Source of the DNA: Setoptus koraiensis
Taxonomy: Eukaryota; Animalia; Arthropoda
Direction: 5' to 3'
Assembly (NCBI GenBank): GCA_048013815.1
Contig: CM106586.1
Coordinates: forward strand, 9,114,001 to 9,178,000
Length of the DNA stretch: 64,000 nt
The notes under the pieces are model-generated. The model was not told the DNA's origin and did not search any database. It was given only the letters and a program-made list of their open reading frames with translations. Below, piece by piece: positions 49,101 to 61,200 of the stretch; position 1 is the stretch's first letter, and each line of letters starts with the position of its first letter. Both the position numbers and the translations under genes were made by a program.

Positions 49101-52100
49101 CCATTTGCTGCGACTTCGCAGTGCACAACAGTGCGGCCTTGTTGACAATTGAAAATTGAAAAACGGGGCCGCACGTAGCAGTGTGAGCATTCATATGATA
49201 ATTGCAATTAGCTTGCACAATTAGTTGCGCTCAAGAGCAAGACGCTCTTGCCTCTTTTGTTGCTGTTGCGCAATCAGCGTTTATTGGTGGCGCTGTGGCA
49301 TTCGGCGACACAAGCCACGCAAGCAGCCCCCTAGACAAACACATATACTGCGTGTTAATGAGCGCGATCAAGCTAAAGTCAACAAGTTGCCAGACAGTGC
49401 GCAAACATGGCAAGCGCAAATTTGAGGCAATGCCGATGCAATGAAACGATATGAGAGCAAACAATGGCCATTGTCAGTTGCCTCCGCTCACCATGTGTGT
49501 GTAAAACAAAGGCCCACAACGCGTTGCGTAACAAAGTAAAATAGAGTCTCTGTTGCACTCGGTGGCTGCCCAGCGGGCCGATGCTTTAAATACATTCGGT
49601 CAATTCTTGGGACAACAAAACGCAACAATGACCAGACGCACCAACTGAACAACAAAGCCATTGTTGATGGCGAAAGTGCGATAACAAATGTATGCGACAT
49701 TACATAACTAGAGAGAGAGAGAGAGAGTCACTACTGTTTTTGTTGTTGTTGATGTTATGTTTGAGCGCATAACTACTGTCTGATAGAGATAACAAGACAT
49801 TACACGTAGTTGTCTACTGTCTCTCTTGTTGGCCATTACACACATGGCGAGAGAGATATGGCACTATCATCTAGGTCAACAACGCTGGTTATATTACATA
49901 ATAATAGATAATAGCAGCTAATGGTGGCTACAACAACAAGTAGTCAATTTAAAGTGATCCGATCGCTATGGCGGTGACGATCACGATTGCCATAGATTGC
50001 TCCAAATTGATTGATTAAACTCGTCACAGCTGCTGCTGCTGCTGCTGCCGCCATCGATACAGATAGTGTCGTCGATGACGATCTTTTATTCATTCGCAAG
50101 CACTTCCTCTATTGCACGGCTAGAAATAACTCATGCCGATATTCACGCTACTGCTAATGCCCATGTCATTCGTTTATGTTTGGTAGTTAGCCAATATCCA
50201 TTGGTTGTTGTTGTTGTTGTTGTTGTTGTTATTTTTTTCACATATTTCAGCAAATAACTTGAAATAGAACTCGCTCGCTGTTACGATTGACTCCGGATAA
50301 AAGACACATTAAATGAATGGTTTCAGTTTGACCCAATAACCCAATATAAACGCACACAATAATCATACAAATATCTCCGTCCACTTCATAACGTCAGCTC
50401 TGGTGGTGATTGCTGATTTGACGACAATGATTGCTATTAACAGTTTCGTTTGAAACATCAATTAGATGCCGATTGATAGCCAGCAACGCCGATTGATCAC
50501 ACACACACACACACAAACTCAGCTCAGCAAGGCACACACCACATCACATTACATAATAGATGTTGTAATTAATCTCTAGCACTTGTTTACTAAATCCTGC
50601 GTCTCCTACAATTGCCGCCATAACTGTCTACGAGCTGATTGCTTTGTATCTGGGGGCCTCATCAGAGCTTTGTCGTCTGTTGCAACAAAAGCAACGCAAA
50701 CAGTTATAATAGTAGATCAATAGGCAGTGATAGGCGCAACACACAATTGTTTTGTAACAATTACATAATCAGCTAGATGTGTCTTTATGGAGTCTTAATC
50801 TTATAATCATCCCAACAATCGTACGAGTAATCGTGGCGAGCACATTCGCTCTGCATGTTATTGTGACTAGATCCTTTAAGACTTTGAGCATCGTCAACAA
50901 GTTGTCATTCTGACAGCCAACTCTATGCTATGGCCATGCCAATGCGGAGGTTGTAAAGACAGTTTATAATGGCACTGGGGGAGCCCCGATAATCGGTCAC
51001 AATTAAATACACACGCACACACAATGCCTTAGATTGTGCCTGTAGTTCATCAGCGTGTCGATTTGCTTTCGGGCCCAGCCAGCCCAGTCCAATGGTAGTG
51101 GCGCGTTGTCGTCACTAGGACCAGTCAAACAATCCATGAATGAACACACAGCAGATGATGCAACAACATTTATTGGGCGACATCCACCTACGCACACACA
51201 CGTGAACGCAACTACAAATGTGTATGGTCGTATTTAATGTCGACTGAAACTGAATCAACACGTGGCACGCACACTCATTTGTATGTATACGTGTACCTTC
51301 GAACTTGCAATTCTAAACGAGCGCACTGTATGTAGCATTCGAAATGGTTCGTCCGCTAGAGGAGAGGCGACTTTCGAGTTGAGCGGCGTTACATTGCGAC
51401 AGGAAGGAGCGATTATTTATTATTATTCAAACAACAACAGCATATCGAGGCAATACGAAGAACAATCAATTGATAATCTCTCTATATCGAAAATGTTAGT
51501 TCATACAATGCTGATCGAATCGCCACCCTTGTGCGCGTTGCCAGCATCGAAGCATTCGGCAAAGCAGCCAACAACTAGCGCCGGCTACGCTTCCTGCCAC
51601 TAGGTACGTGGCCGGCGTTCTTTTCCTGCTCAGCCATTGATTGATAGGTAGAGAGTGAGGCCCAAGCGTTATAGCGTTATACCTTCGCTTCTTCTCCTTC
51701 GTTGGAGTCGTCGTAGTCGATTGTCGATTCAACAATTCATCTATTGCGACGGTTCGACGATCGATAGAAACAGGAAGCATTGCTGTACTGACGCAACGCG
51801 TTGCTGTTACATGTTTATAAGCTGTTGCAGCTATCATCGAACGTGTTGCCATTGCCCTAGGATGCCCCAATGTTGGTATCAATAGTGGTATCAGTAGTGG
51901 TAGAGGGCACTAGCTGGTAGGCAGCAGGCAACTATTAGAAGCATGAGCATTGGGTATGTGCACAGAAGAGAGAAGGGATTCCATTGGAGCGTAACCTCAA
52001 TTCATGCTGCGCGATGACATAACCTCACCAAACACACGTTCGTTGAGTCACAGTCCAAGTCCAATTGAGAAGCCATGTGCCACGAGCCGTGTTCTCGAAT

Positions 52101-53456
52101 ACGTGTTGATTCACGGCTCCGTCTCTCTCGTTCTCGTTGTTCTGTCGAACCAATCAAACTATTACCATTGATATAATCAGAGGGAGAAAGAAGAAAGCCA
52201 TCTGCCTCTGCCTTTAACGATCGGACGCTCATATGTGCCATTATTATTGCATGGCGGCGCAGTGTCATTTAAATGTATACATTGAAGCAAACGCCAGTCA
52301 CTTTAAACAGATGAACATTGACATTGAATATTGGTAGAAATTGCACATCGGCCATGGCTATGATGGAGATGATTGGCAATGGTAATGATAAAACTGGCTA
52401 TGTGTTTATCATAACTGGTTGGCGATAAAAAGAGATAGACAGATATTTTTTCGCTGCAAACAACTTTACAATGCTGGTCTACGCGCGAACAACATGATGA
52501 TCTATTACTGCTATAACGACTATTGGTCTGTCTCCAGTCTGCGGTCACACTTGCCGTTGCACACTACAATAGTGATAGCAATCGGTCCAGTAGCTGAAAG
52601 GATGATATACAAATCAATAAATCGGGCGGTCATTATCTTTCATAACAGAAGTGGTGATTATGATCGACAAGGAAAATAAGATCAATTAGTGTTGTTTTTT
52701 AGCTTGCAGTTGTGCAGCTAGGTCTAGATTAATATTTTGAATTATCGTCAATCGAGATAGATCAAAACCAACATGTTGAGACAACAACGGCAACAACAAC
52801 AGATGAGCAAGCAAAATTCGTGCGCGCCAGCAACTACTGTTTAGAGGGATCTTATTACATTTTAGTTGATATCAGTGTGAATGATCTGACAAAACTATTG
52901 AACGCTGAACAAGAAAAGTTCATGACGACGAAAAGTCCGAGTGAGTGTTGAGTTTAGATAGCAGTAATCTCAATGATAATAATATAATAGTGCACCTATT
53001 ATATTGGCTTGTGCGTGAATGTATTGACCAAGCAAAAAGTCTCGTTCGTAACAAGCACAGTTGACTCTTTAAATAGATTGTGAAAGAAATAGAATTACAA
53101 ACATATCACTGATTTGTGCCTGATTGATTTGTTATAATATGTTATAATAGCTGCCGTGTTATCCGTCAGCAAACTATTTAAAAGGAGTTCATGTTGCAAT
53201 AAATAGGAGAGCAATTTGCGATTGTATTTTAGAGCTAATAAAAACAATTTTGCTCTTATTGGGTTCGTCGGACCTGTTGTTTGAGCGCGCGTTTAAATCT
53301 GCGGATCGCTAAATTGACAACAGTCTCACTTTACTGCGAAAATAGTATGAAAATTTCAAGTCATCCGAGTAGTAGGAATGCCTTTACACACCATTCGTTT
53401 TGCAGTCACTGGAGTGAAAAAAACAGGTATTCAAAATTATTTGTAGGTGTACTTAC

Positions 53457-54669
53457 CTATGCAACAAAGTTCAATGAGTGTTTGCACTCGCTCCTTGAGG
53501 AGCCCCATGATGACTGATGAGGACGACGGCGGGGGCGGTGGCGTCGATGGCGGTGATAGTGATGATGATGACGTTGTTGAGGACGTTGACGAGGCCGACG
53601 ATGAGCTTGTTGACGAGACTGATGACATAGAGGGCGGCGGAGTGTTCCACATCCAGCAATCATTTTCTTCATTTGATGATGTGATATTGTTGTTATCTGT
53701 ATTGTTATTGTTGTTGATAGTAGTGGAGTTGATATTGATGCTGCCAGTTTTATTTGTGGTGCTGGCGATGGTGGTAATGATGGTTGTTGTCGCGGTGGTT
53801 GTTGTAATATAGGTGGCGTTGTTGTCGTTGTTGGTGGTGGTGCAGTTGTTAAGGTTGTTCTCAAAATGCAATAATTTCAATATGGGCTCTATAAAATCAT
53901 TTGGTGTTGGTATTGAGGCCAGATCCCATTTAAGTTCTGCTAGCACTAGTGATTCCCAGCTAATAATATCATCCCTAGTAAGACTATCATCGCTATATTC
54001 AATCAATTTTTTGACGCCTAATGACTGTGTTTGGCGTAATTTAGTGGCCAACATCAAACAAACAGAGGCCAATAATTGCAATTGTTGTTTCTTGATGTAA
54101 TTGTTGCTGTCGTATAGTCGCAGCATGTATTCGTCCATAACTTGCACGGCCAGGGGGCATATTTCGTCTTGGCATTGTTCTAAGAGGCACACCTCTAGCA
54201 TCCAAGTGATGAGTTCGCGCCTGTCCTTGCACGATATCAATTGAGAATAATTGGACAGCCTCACGGAGTGTGGCTGCTGCTGCGGTTGCAGTTGTTGTTG
54301 TCGTAATTGTTGTTGTTGTTGCTGTAGTGTTTTTGCTGCCGTTGACACTTTTGTTTGGGCTGGCTCGGCGAGCATGTTCAATGTTGTTGAGTTCATCCGG
54401 CGACGGGCATAGTTCTGTTCCACCTTGAATAAATTGGTGAGAATTCTCTCGTTGGAAAACACGGGGTCCTCTCGCGATATGTTGATGTTTGCGTTGAATT
54501 GGGGCGATTCGTCCGTGGGCTGGTTGCCGCTGTCGTTGTCGATGTGGTTAATATTTGTGATTGTCGTTTGGTTTGCACTGTGATCATTGTTGTTGTTGTT
54601 GTTGTTGTTGTACTGCTGCTCGGTGCAAAGCAACAAGTTTGCTACGTTGTGCATCCGATCCAGCAGCAT
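53457..54669 (-). CDS. CycD: Cyclin D, first coding exon (downstream exons unresolved)
   Basis: LxCxE (LLCTE) near the start; EDPVFSNERILTNLFKVEQNY; cyclin box RRELITWMLEVC...EICPLA...QLQLLASVCLMLATKLRQT...KLIEYSD..W.SLVLAELKWDL..PTPNDFIEPIL. The exon ends LIELCCI G|GTAAGT (donor 53456). First ATG at 54669; the track start is a TTG. Confidence 0.92.
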
Positions 54670-57600
54670 TTTCGTTCGATTTTGTTCCACAATTCGACAC
54701 AATTCGATCACGTCGAACAACGGGCTCCAATTCCGGAAATAACTAGATCGAACTATTGGCGACAAAATCGAACCAATTGCAACAAAATCGAACTAATTGC
54801 AACAGAATCGAATGGACACGATGTTGACTGTATGGCTGGCCGTATGCGATGCGGACGATCTGTGTGCTCGAGTGCAAGTGTTCGACTTTGGGTTTGATGC
54901 TCTCTCTCTCACACACGCTCACACAACTTTCACATTGCACAAACTGTTGCATGTCGAATGTAGCCAGCGCGCATGCGCGACGTCTGTTGCACATCAAACA
55001 TGCAAAAAATACCATCATCAACGCACTGCCGTGTGCAGCAATGCCTATACACTCACACACACACACACACACAGAACTAAAGGGTGTGCATAACAAACAC
55101 GCAGCATGTGGCGCACAGCAACACACAATGTGCAAATCACAGGCGCTGCGCATACACTCATCGTACGATTGCCCGTCGTGCTCGCCGATGCAACGACAGC
55201 TGGCGATGCTGCCAGCCAGCACAGTTTGTGACTTGCATCTCTCACACCGAAGGACACTGTGCACATAATGTGTCAACAATATTCGATAATCGAATAATCT
55301 CTACAGTTTGTCGATGCCCCCGTCCCGAGCGCCCTCTTCCGGCTGCTCGGAACTCGCACGCCGGACTTTCGATTGCTCTGCAATAATTGTTGTACTTTCA
55401 ACCTGTCCGAACTCTCATAGATGATCCATGATAGATCCAATCCAATCTCCATCGACAATTGTAAGCGCAAAAAGTGTGCACCGATTTTGTTGTTGATTTT
55501 ATTTCGGTAATTATGCTCGATATGCCCAAACAGATGGACTCGGCAGTCGACCAAGTTCGAAGTCCGAACACCAACTAGTTTTCTCCAACAAGTCTTTCCA
55601 AGTTTTGTTATCTACTTTCCGAACTAAAACTTGAGTTGCCAGTTAAAGGGTTCTTCAACTAACCTGGTGCGTAACCACGATCTAAAAGATAGCAAACAAT
55701 ATTCAATTGCCATTGAATATTTGATCAATTTTTCATCTACTTCTAGTTGGACAACTTACGCACTGATTTACAGATAAACTCATGTTTGGTGACAAATTCG
55801 CAGCAGATGACAAAATATAAAAAAATAAATAAAAAAATAAAAAACTTGATACGAATAACTTATCACAATTCGTTGCATAGACGATCGCAAGTCGAGATGA
55901 GAGTTGTTTTGGGAACGGCCGAACTATGTCGTTCTCCTGGCGACTTGTTAATTAAATTCCTACACCTGGATTCAACTTGGTTATGGCATCTCCTTCCATG
56001 CCCATAATATGTGACCGATACCAATAGACGAACTTGCCTACTCACGATCAACATTTTGTTCATCATCCTGCCTACAACTTCCTACACACAAATACAAGTC
56101 CAACCATACATGCCTACATGTATTTGCGAGGACAGGTAATGTCATATTTTTAATATACAATGTTGTGCGAGTATTACCCAGATAGATGCCTGTTTTAAGC
56201 AAACAACATCAACTCTTCAGTGCCACCATTCACCTGTCAAATGAGCCGTGTTATCATGCCCATGTGTGTGCTTGACAATTTTAATTATCGTCTCGTTAGT
56301 CTAGAAATCACATTCTATTCTTTGTGAGGCGATATTTTTCTGCCACTATGTTACATCTCCGCCTCAACTTGGTCTTGCCAGCGAAATTTCATCTCACAAT
56401 TCCAGATTATTCATAACTAAAAGAGAGATACTGATCATGACCTCTGTCAAGGTTGCTCTCCATGTCGCCAATGAGTTTCGTGATCATAAATTGCGTGAAT
56501 AACATTAACATTATCGGATGCATCAGTAAACGAGTTGAAGAATCCAGAAAAATAAATTCGAATACTGTTCAGTTTAGCTCTTTGTTTTTTAATGCCGAAT
56601 CATGATGATAAATGAGTGAGCAATGAGTTTAAGCCAGAAAACTTTTTCCGCCGAATCAGTGATTTTGTAAAATCCCATCAGCGAACATAATTCTTCTGAT
56701 TCTGATCGTGTTGCGTAACTCTGTTTTGAAGTCCAGCTCTCTACTGGAGCAGCCAGATTGCTGCACTGTTGCAACTATGGGAACCTCACTATTTCCTCCC
56801 AAAACGCACCTACAGACCTTGCTTTATATAAGCTTTCACACGCGTGGGGCGCCTGACAATGTGACACATTGTGAGCATGCATATCTCCACAAGGCGGATT
56901 TTCGCCAGCAGTGAATGCCTAAACTCACAGTTGATGGTGGGCAACACAACATTGTGGGTACCTGTTTGTGGAGGACCCTCCGTCGATGAGTCATCCTCTC
57001 CTTGGGCCCCCACTAACGTCATGTGCGAATACGTGCTTACGTAACAGTGTCATCTTGGTTTGTGTGAAATCTTCTAGGCGTGGCCCTATTATGCTGTGCA
57101 CAAGGAATCAAGGTTCAGCAGCGCCATCTCTGGTAGCATTCTGGAGGTCATGTGTGAAATATTTACAAGCAACACAATCATCATAGTCTGCTGACACATC
57201 TAACATGTTTCAACGTTACACCCGATAGCAAGTAACAGCATCACAATCTTTATATATTTAGTTGATTCGTTCTCCGATGGGGTGCAATAGTGGTATTCGT
57301 AATACAGTCCTACTATATTCATGTAAATTTAAATCCTCGCCTGTGCTTGAAACAAAGGTCACCCGTGCATCAGGAGTATAGATGTCACATTAGATATCAT
57401 GTAATAAATAGAAATAATCTCTAGATTTATCTTTGGTAAATTGTATCATACAAATTGTAGCTGTACTCCATCCATAAACACAAAAGAGCAACCCTATTGA
57501 CTGTTATTTCTGCTCCTAAAACAAATAGCTAGGACTGGCAATCATATGTTATTACATCTTCAAATCCATCCACAGATTCATTGAATACTCCCTCGGACTG

Positions 57601-57967
57601 GGGATAAATCAGCCCCGCAACCCTCCCGAACAAGACAAATCATCTGGCCTGAAAAATTACTATAACATTAATAATTCATCTAGGTTGTGATGATGACCAC
57701 AAACATAGACTCTCACTGCAAGAGAGATCACCGCAGAGAAAATCTTGTGCATAGAAACATGACTTCGTCCTCAATCATAATGTCTTGGATAGCAAATCAA
57801 ATGAATGCAATGTAGCCCTAATTCTATACGAAACAACTCGCCCGTCCCATGCGAATACTAGTCCATGTCATCAACTTTGTTGAAAAAAAAAATAGATATA
57901 TAAAAAAAATATTTGGTATTTGATTATTAGAATTCAAAGATTACACTAGCAAAAAAGACTAGTCATA

Positions 57968-58966
57968 ATGGGTCCTATCAAAGAAGAAAACTCACGGCCG
58001 ACTTCGCTCGATTTCAGTCAACCACAGTCGAAGAGATTGGCCCTCATGCGCAATTCCAACGATATTCATCTAGCATCACCCGATTTGACCAGTGGCCTAG
58101 CTCTGACCACACCTGAGTTGGAAAAACAAATCTTGCAAATAGATAGCAACGATGAGCTAATAGGATTGACCCCATCATTGATATCATCAGTGTTACCGCA
58201 ACAAACTCCTGATGGCGAGAGACAGTCTTTTCAATCTTTGCACACACCCTTGTTCGGGCCTATCAAAGATATCTTATCCTCGACAACGCCGTTATCAACG
58301 CCATCCAATATTAATCCATCCGTAAACAAAAGTCTAGATCAAGAAACTTCTGACCTAAACATGTCCAATCACTGTTCGTTATCAAACGTAACAAACAACC
58401 CTCCTACCGCAATTCATGGTGGTGAAACAAAACATAATTCAATTCTGGGAACACTAGTCGAAGACGATTTATTGCAACTTAACTCAAAAGGTAAATCCAT
58501 CAACGAAGATTCAGGAAATAAAAGGAATGATTTCACAAAAGTTGGTCTCTTACCCGCAAATTTATATGCAATTAGCAATGATAGATACGACTTTGAGATT
58601 GATGATACTAAGTATACCTTCAAGAATAACTACAAGCCACAAGAAAAAAGTTCTCTACATGTAACACCAACTAAGGCGCGACGTGTATCTAGTCGATCCT
58701 CTACAACAAGTCAAAATTCAAACGCATCATCAGTAAGAGATTCCTACAGTCCAATAGACATGTCCGATCAAGATAGAATGAAAGTTGAACGAAAGCGCGA
58801 AAGAAACAGATTGGCCGCTTCTAAATGTCGCAGAAGAAAAACAGAGACTATCATGCAACTCCAGGAGCAAAATGCTGATTTGCATAATAGGCTCGAGGAG
58901 GCATGTAAAGAAATACAACGTCTGAGATCTTCGTGTTCTTGTCAAAGAAAAAAGAAAGAATTCTAA
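57968..58966 (+). CDS. Jra: Jun-family AP-1 bZIP transcription factor, intronless
   Basis: RPTSLDF docking-like motif; LASPDL..LALTTPELEKQILQ (Jun S63/S73 region); SPIDMSDQDRMKVERKRERNRLAASKCRRRK (Jun basic region). The zipper is short and divergent. Confidence 0.85.
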   Translation: MGPIKEENSRPTSLDFSQPQSKRLALMRNSNDIHLASPDLTSGLALTTPELEKQILQIDSNDELIGLTPSLISSVLPQQTPDGERQSFQSLHTPLFGPIKDILSSTTPLSTPSNINPSVNKSLDQETSDLNMSNHCSLSNVTNNPPTAIHGGETKHNSILGTLVEDDLLQLNSKGKSINEDSGNKRNDFTKVGLLPANLYAISNDRYDFEIDDTKYTFKNNYKPQEKSSLHVTPTKARRVSSRSSTTSQNSNASSVRDSYSPIDMSDQDRMKVERKRERNRLAASKCRRRKTETIMQLQEQNADLHNRLEEACKEIQRLRSSCSCQRKKKEF

Positions 58967-59037
58967 AATATTAACAACAGTCTAATAGAGGATAGTATTG
59001 TTTATGATGTGTTCAAATTAAAGAAAAAATATATAAA

Positions 59038-60366
59038 TCACGACTCATCCCCCACTTCATCGTCTGAAAACAATTCTCCTATTTTATCAGGATCGTATAG
59101 ATCTGGGTCATCGTCCAAATTGAGTATTTGTCGAGCTATCACAGGGTCGTATCCATAGTTGTTAGAGCTCATCCTGCTTCTGACACTCTCTGAACAAACA
59201 GACCGAGGTGGTGCTGGTACAGCACTAGTATCTGAAGTGTTCAGAACATTTCTGTCCCAATCTTGAGCAATGGAACCATCGTCCGAACCAACAGACTCAT
59301 CATCTGAATGGTTATCGTGGTATCCATTTTGCATGTCGGCATCTTCGGACAAAATAGACGCTTCATCGCCAGCTTCAATACCCAAAGGATCTGAGTTCTG
59401 AAATTGTGATCCTGCTATGTCGTCATCTTCCGTAAAACTTTGGTCCGCATTGCCAGCTGTGAGTCTGTCTACGCTGTAATCAAAATCAAAATTATTCATT
59501 TCTGTAAGTGTAGAAATAACAAGCTTAGCTTTGAAGTATGGTCTAAATTCATAGATGAAATGTGCCGGCATGTCGGGTCCTATAAAATAGTATTTGGGCA
59601 TGACACCCTTGTATTGTTCAACAAATGATAGGTAGGCCCTGAGATGTTTTTCCATCATTGTTATTTCTAGGTCTTGAGTTATGGCGAAGTCGTGAAAATC
59701 CTTCTGTTCGTGTACAAAATCGGAAGTTGTTTCCTCAGTTAGCGACATGTAGCCAATGAATTTAACGCTACCTTCCCTGGCAGCTGTCGGTTTAATAAAT
59801 TTGATAGTTGCATGGTCCACTCCGGGCGCAAATGTGTTCAGGCCAGAGAGAAGAAATTTGTCTTGGAGGCCCAATTTTGGCGACAATGTCACCATGGGAT
59901 TTTCCACCGACATCTTGTTTCTCATAAGCGTATCCCTAGCCTCTTCTGGAATGTCATTAATGTTTATCTTGTAGGTGACTGTTGAAGCACTGTGATTGCT
60001 ATCCATCCAATCGGGAGCGATAGTAAAAATGAGCCTATCGTCAATGTCATCGTATTCACACTTTATTGTCATGTTGTTGCTGGTCTCATTATTGGAAGAG
60101 AATTTCTCATTTAGATACTGTGACTTGAATGGCATCTGTAAGCTCCTGAGATTCATATAGCATCTAGTGGTCTCTGAGCACTGGTACTCTTTGAAGAAAC
60201 TCCTGGCATCGAAAACCACCTTGATAAATACCACGCCGGCGCTTGTCCACAGCTTAAATTTTGAATCCTTGAATTCGATGGCCGCCGTTTTCGAGATCTT
60301 GGAAAAACATTGTAGAGCGCGAGTGAACATTCGCATGCTCTTGCTTTCTAAAACAAACGAAGCCAT
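59038..60366 (-). CDS. RAD9: Checkpoint clamp subunit RAD9 (9-1-1 complex), intronless, divergent
   Basis: N-terminal FTRALQCFSKISK...IEF...F...FFKEYQC...RCYMNLRSL..PFKS and C-core KHLRAYLSFVEQ....YYF.GP..PAHF follow the Rad9 PCNA-like pattern (K.L..A..SL.RI...; FCLKE.R..L.FAE...F..PG.P..F). A long acidic tail ends FSDDEVGDES. First ATG at 60366. Confidence 0.75.
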   Translation of the reverse strand: MASFVLESKSMRMFTRALQCFSKISKTAAIEFKDSKFKLWTSAGVVFIKVVFDARSFFKEYQCSETTRCYMNLRSLQMPFKSQYLNEKFSSNNETSNNMTIKCEYDDIDDRLIFTIAPDWMDSNHSASTVTYKININDIPEEARDTLMRNKMSVENPMVTLSPKLGLQDKFLLSGLNTFAPGVDHATIKFIKPTAAREGSVKFIGYMSLTEETTSDFVHEQKDFHDFAITQDLEITMMEKHLRAYLSFVEQYKGVMPKYYFIGPDMPAHFIYEFRPYFKAKLVISTLTEMNNFDFDYSVDRLTAGNADQSFTEDDDIAGSQFQNSDPLGIEAGDEASILSEDADMQNGYHDNHSDDESVGSDDGSIAQDWDRNVLNTSDTSAVPAPPRSVCSESVRSRMSSNNYGYDPVIARQILNLDDDPDLYDPDKIGELFSDDEVGDES

Positions 60367-60864
60367 TGTTGTTGTTGTCGCTAATAATTCATCTGTAATA
60401 GAGTGACGGTGCTTACAAAATTGATTAATCCGTCTAGTGATCGATGATGATTTCAAAATAATTTTGCGTCATGTGTGCAATCACTGCTCACTAGTTGGTG
60501 TTATTGTTTTGGCGCCCTCGGCCTATGGGCGTTTGTGTCTCGTCGCGCATCGCACATTGTTGTGCACAGGCGGTCGCCAAAAGAGAATTTTCTACGAACG
60601 AACAATGCAAATGCCAATCCGATATCCGACAAAAATACACCCATTTGGTCAGATACTTTCCTCGAACTTCGAGGCTCGAAGGGCCCTGACGTAAGACAAA
60701 GACCGCTCCAGGACGGAAATCCCTCCAGAACAACGCACAGCCAGCCGACCAGTAGTGTTGGAATTACCTGAAATCCACCACGAGTAATAGAACAAAGAGA
60801 AGAATGTTTGCTAACAACTTGAATTTCTCATCAATGCGTGTTGTGGGCGCCTATCGACTATCGT

Positions 60865-61200
60865 AGATTCGGTGAAAATTCGGTTCGATAATTATCACAG
60901 ATTGTTGCAAAAACAGCAGGCAACGGTCTCGACGGACCCAGAACGGATAGACTGTAACCACCCAATTGGGCTACTTCGCAAGAGAATCTAAGAGATCTGT
61001 TGAACGGTCGACAGGTACTTTGCTCGCGATTTCGCCATCTTAAACTCTCAAACTGTTGGTTGCAGCAGCCACACTTATAGCAATGGAGAGGGGCCGTGGC
61101 TGGTAAAATCTCGTCTCATAACCCATCGAGAGGTCCTGACCCCCAGTTACGCTTTGAGTAGGCTTTGGATAGCAATTCTGACTCCGACGCGGAGCGAAGG
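60865..61200 (+). mobile_element. Heavily decayed Ty3/gypsy RT C-terminus / RT-RNase H connection
   Basis: Motifs occur in the correct order across frameshifts and stops: RFGENSVR*LSQIV (KC.F....V.YLGH.V), VSTDPERI (I.TDP.KI), NW...ENLR (NWP.P....LR), RYFARDFA (RRF..DFA), LVKSRLITH.EVL (LK..L...PVL). Confidence 0.5.

Noticed and set aside
50868-50880. miR-279-like start (TGACTAGATCC) and nearby miR-263-like start (AATGGCACTGG, ~50968)
   Set aside because: Only the first 11 nt match, the rest diverges, and no complementary hairpin arm is visible.
57230-57720. Minus-strand fragments resembling a metallophosphoesterase (VRVYVCGHHHNL) and a protein-like CDIYTPDARVTFV stretch
   Set aside because: One short motif, in-frame stops nearby and no consistent exon chain; needs a tBLASTx/HMM search before any claim.
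60508-60515. E2F site (TTTGGCGC) upstream of RAD9
   Set aside because: Plausible, but the same 8-mer occurs repeatedly in the GC-rich blocks, so one match is uninformative.
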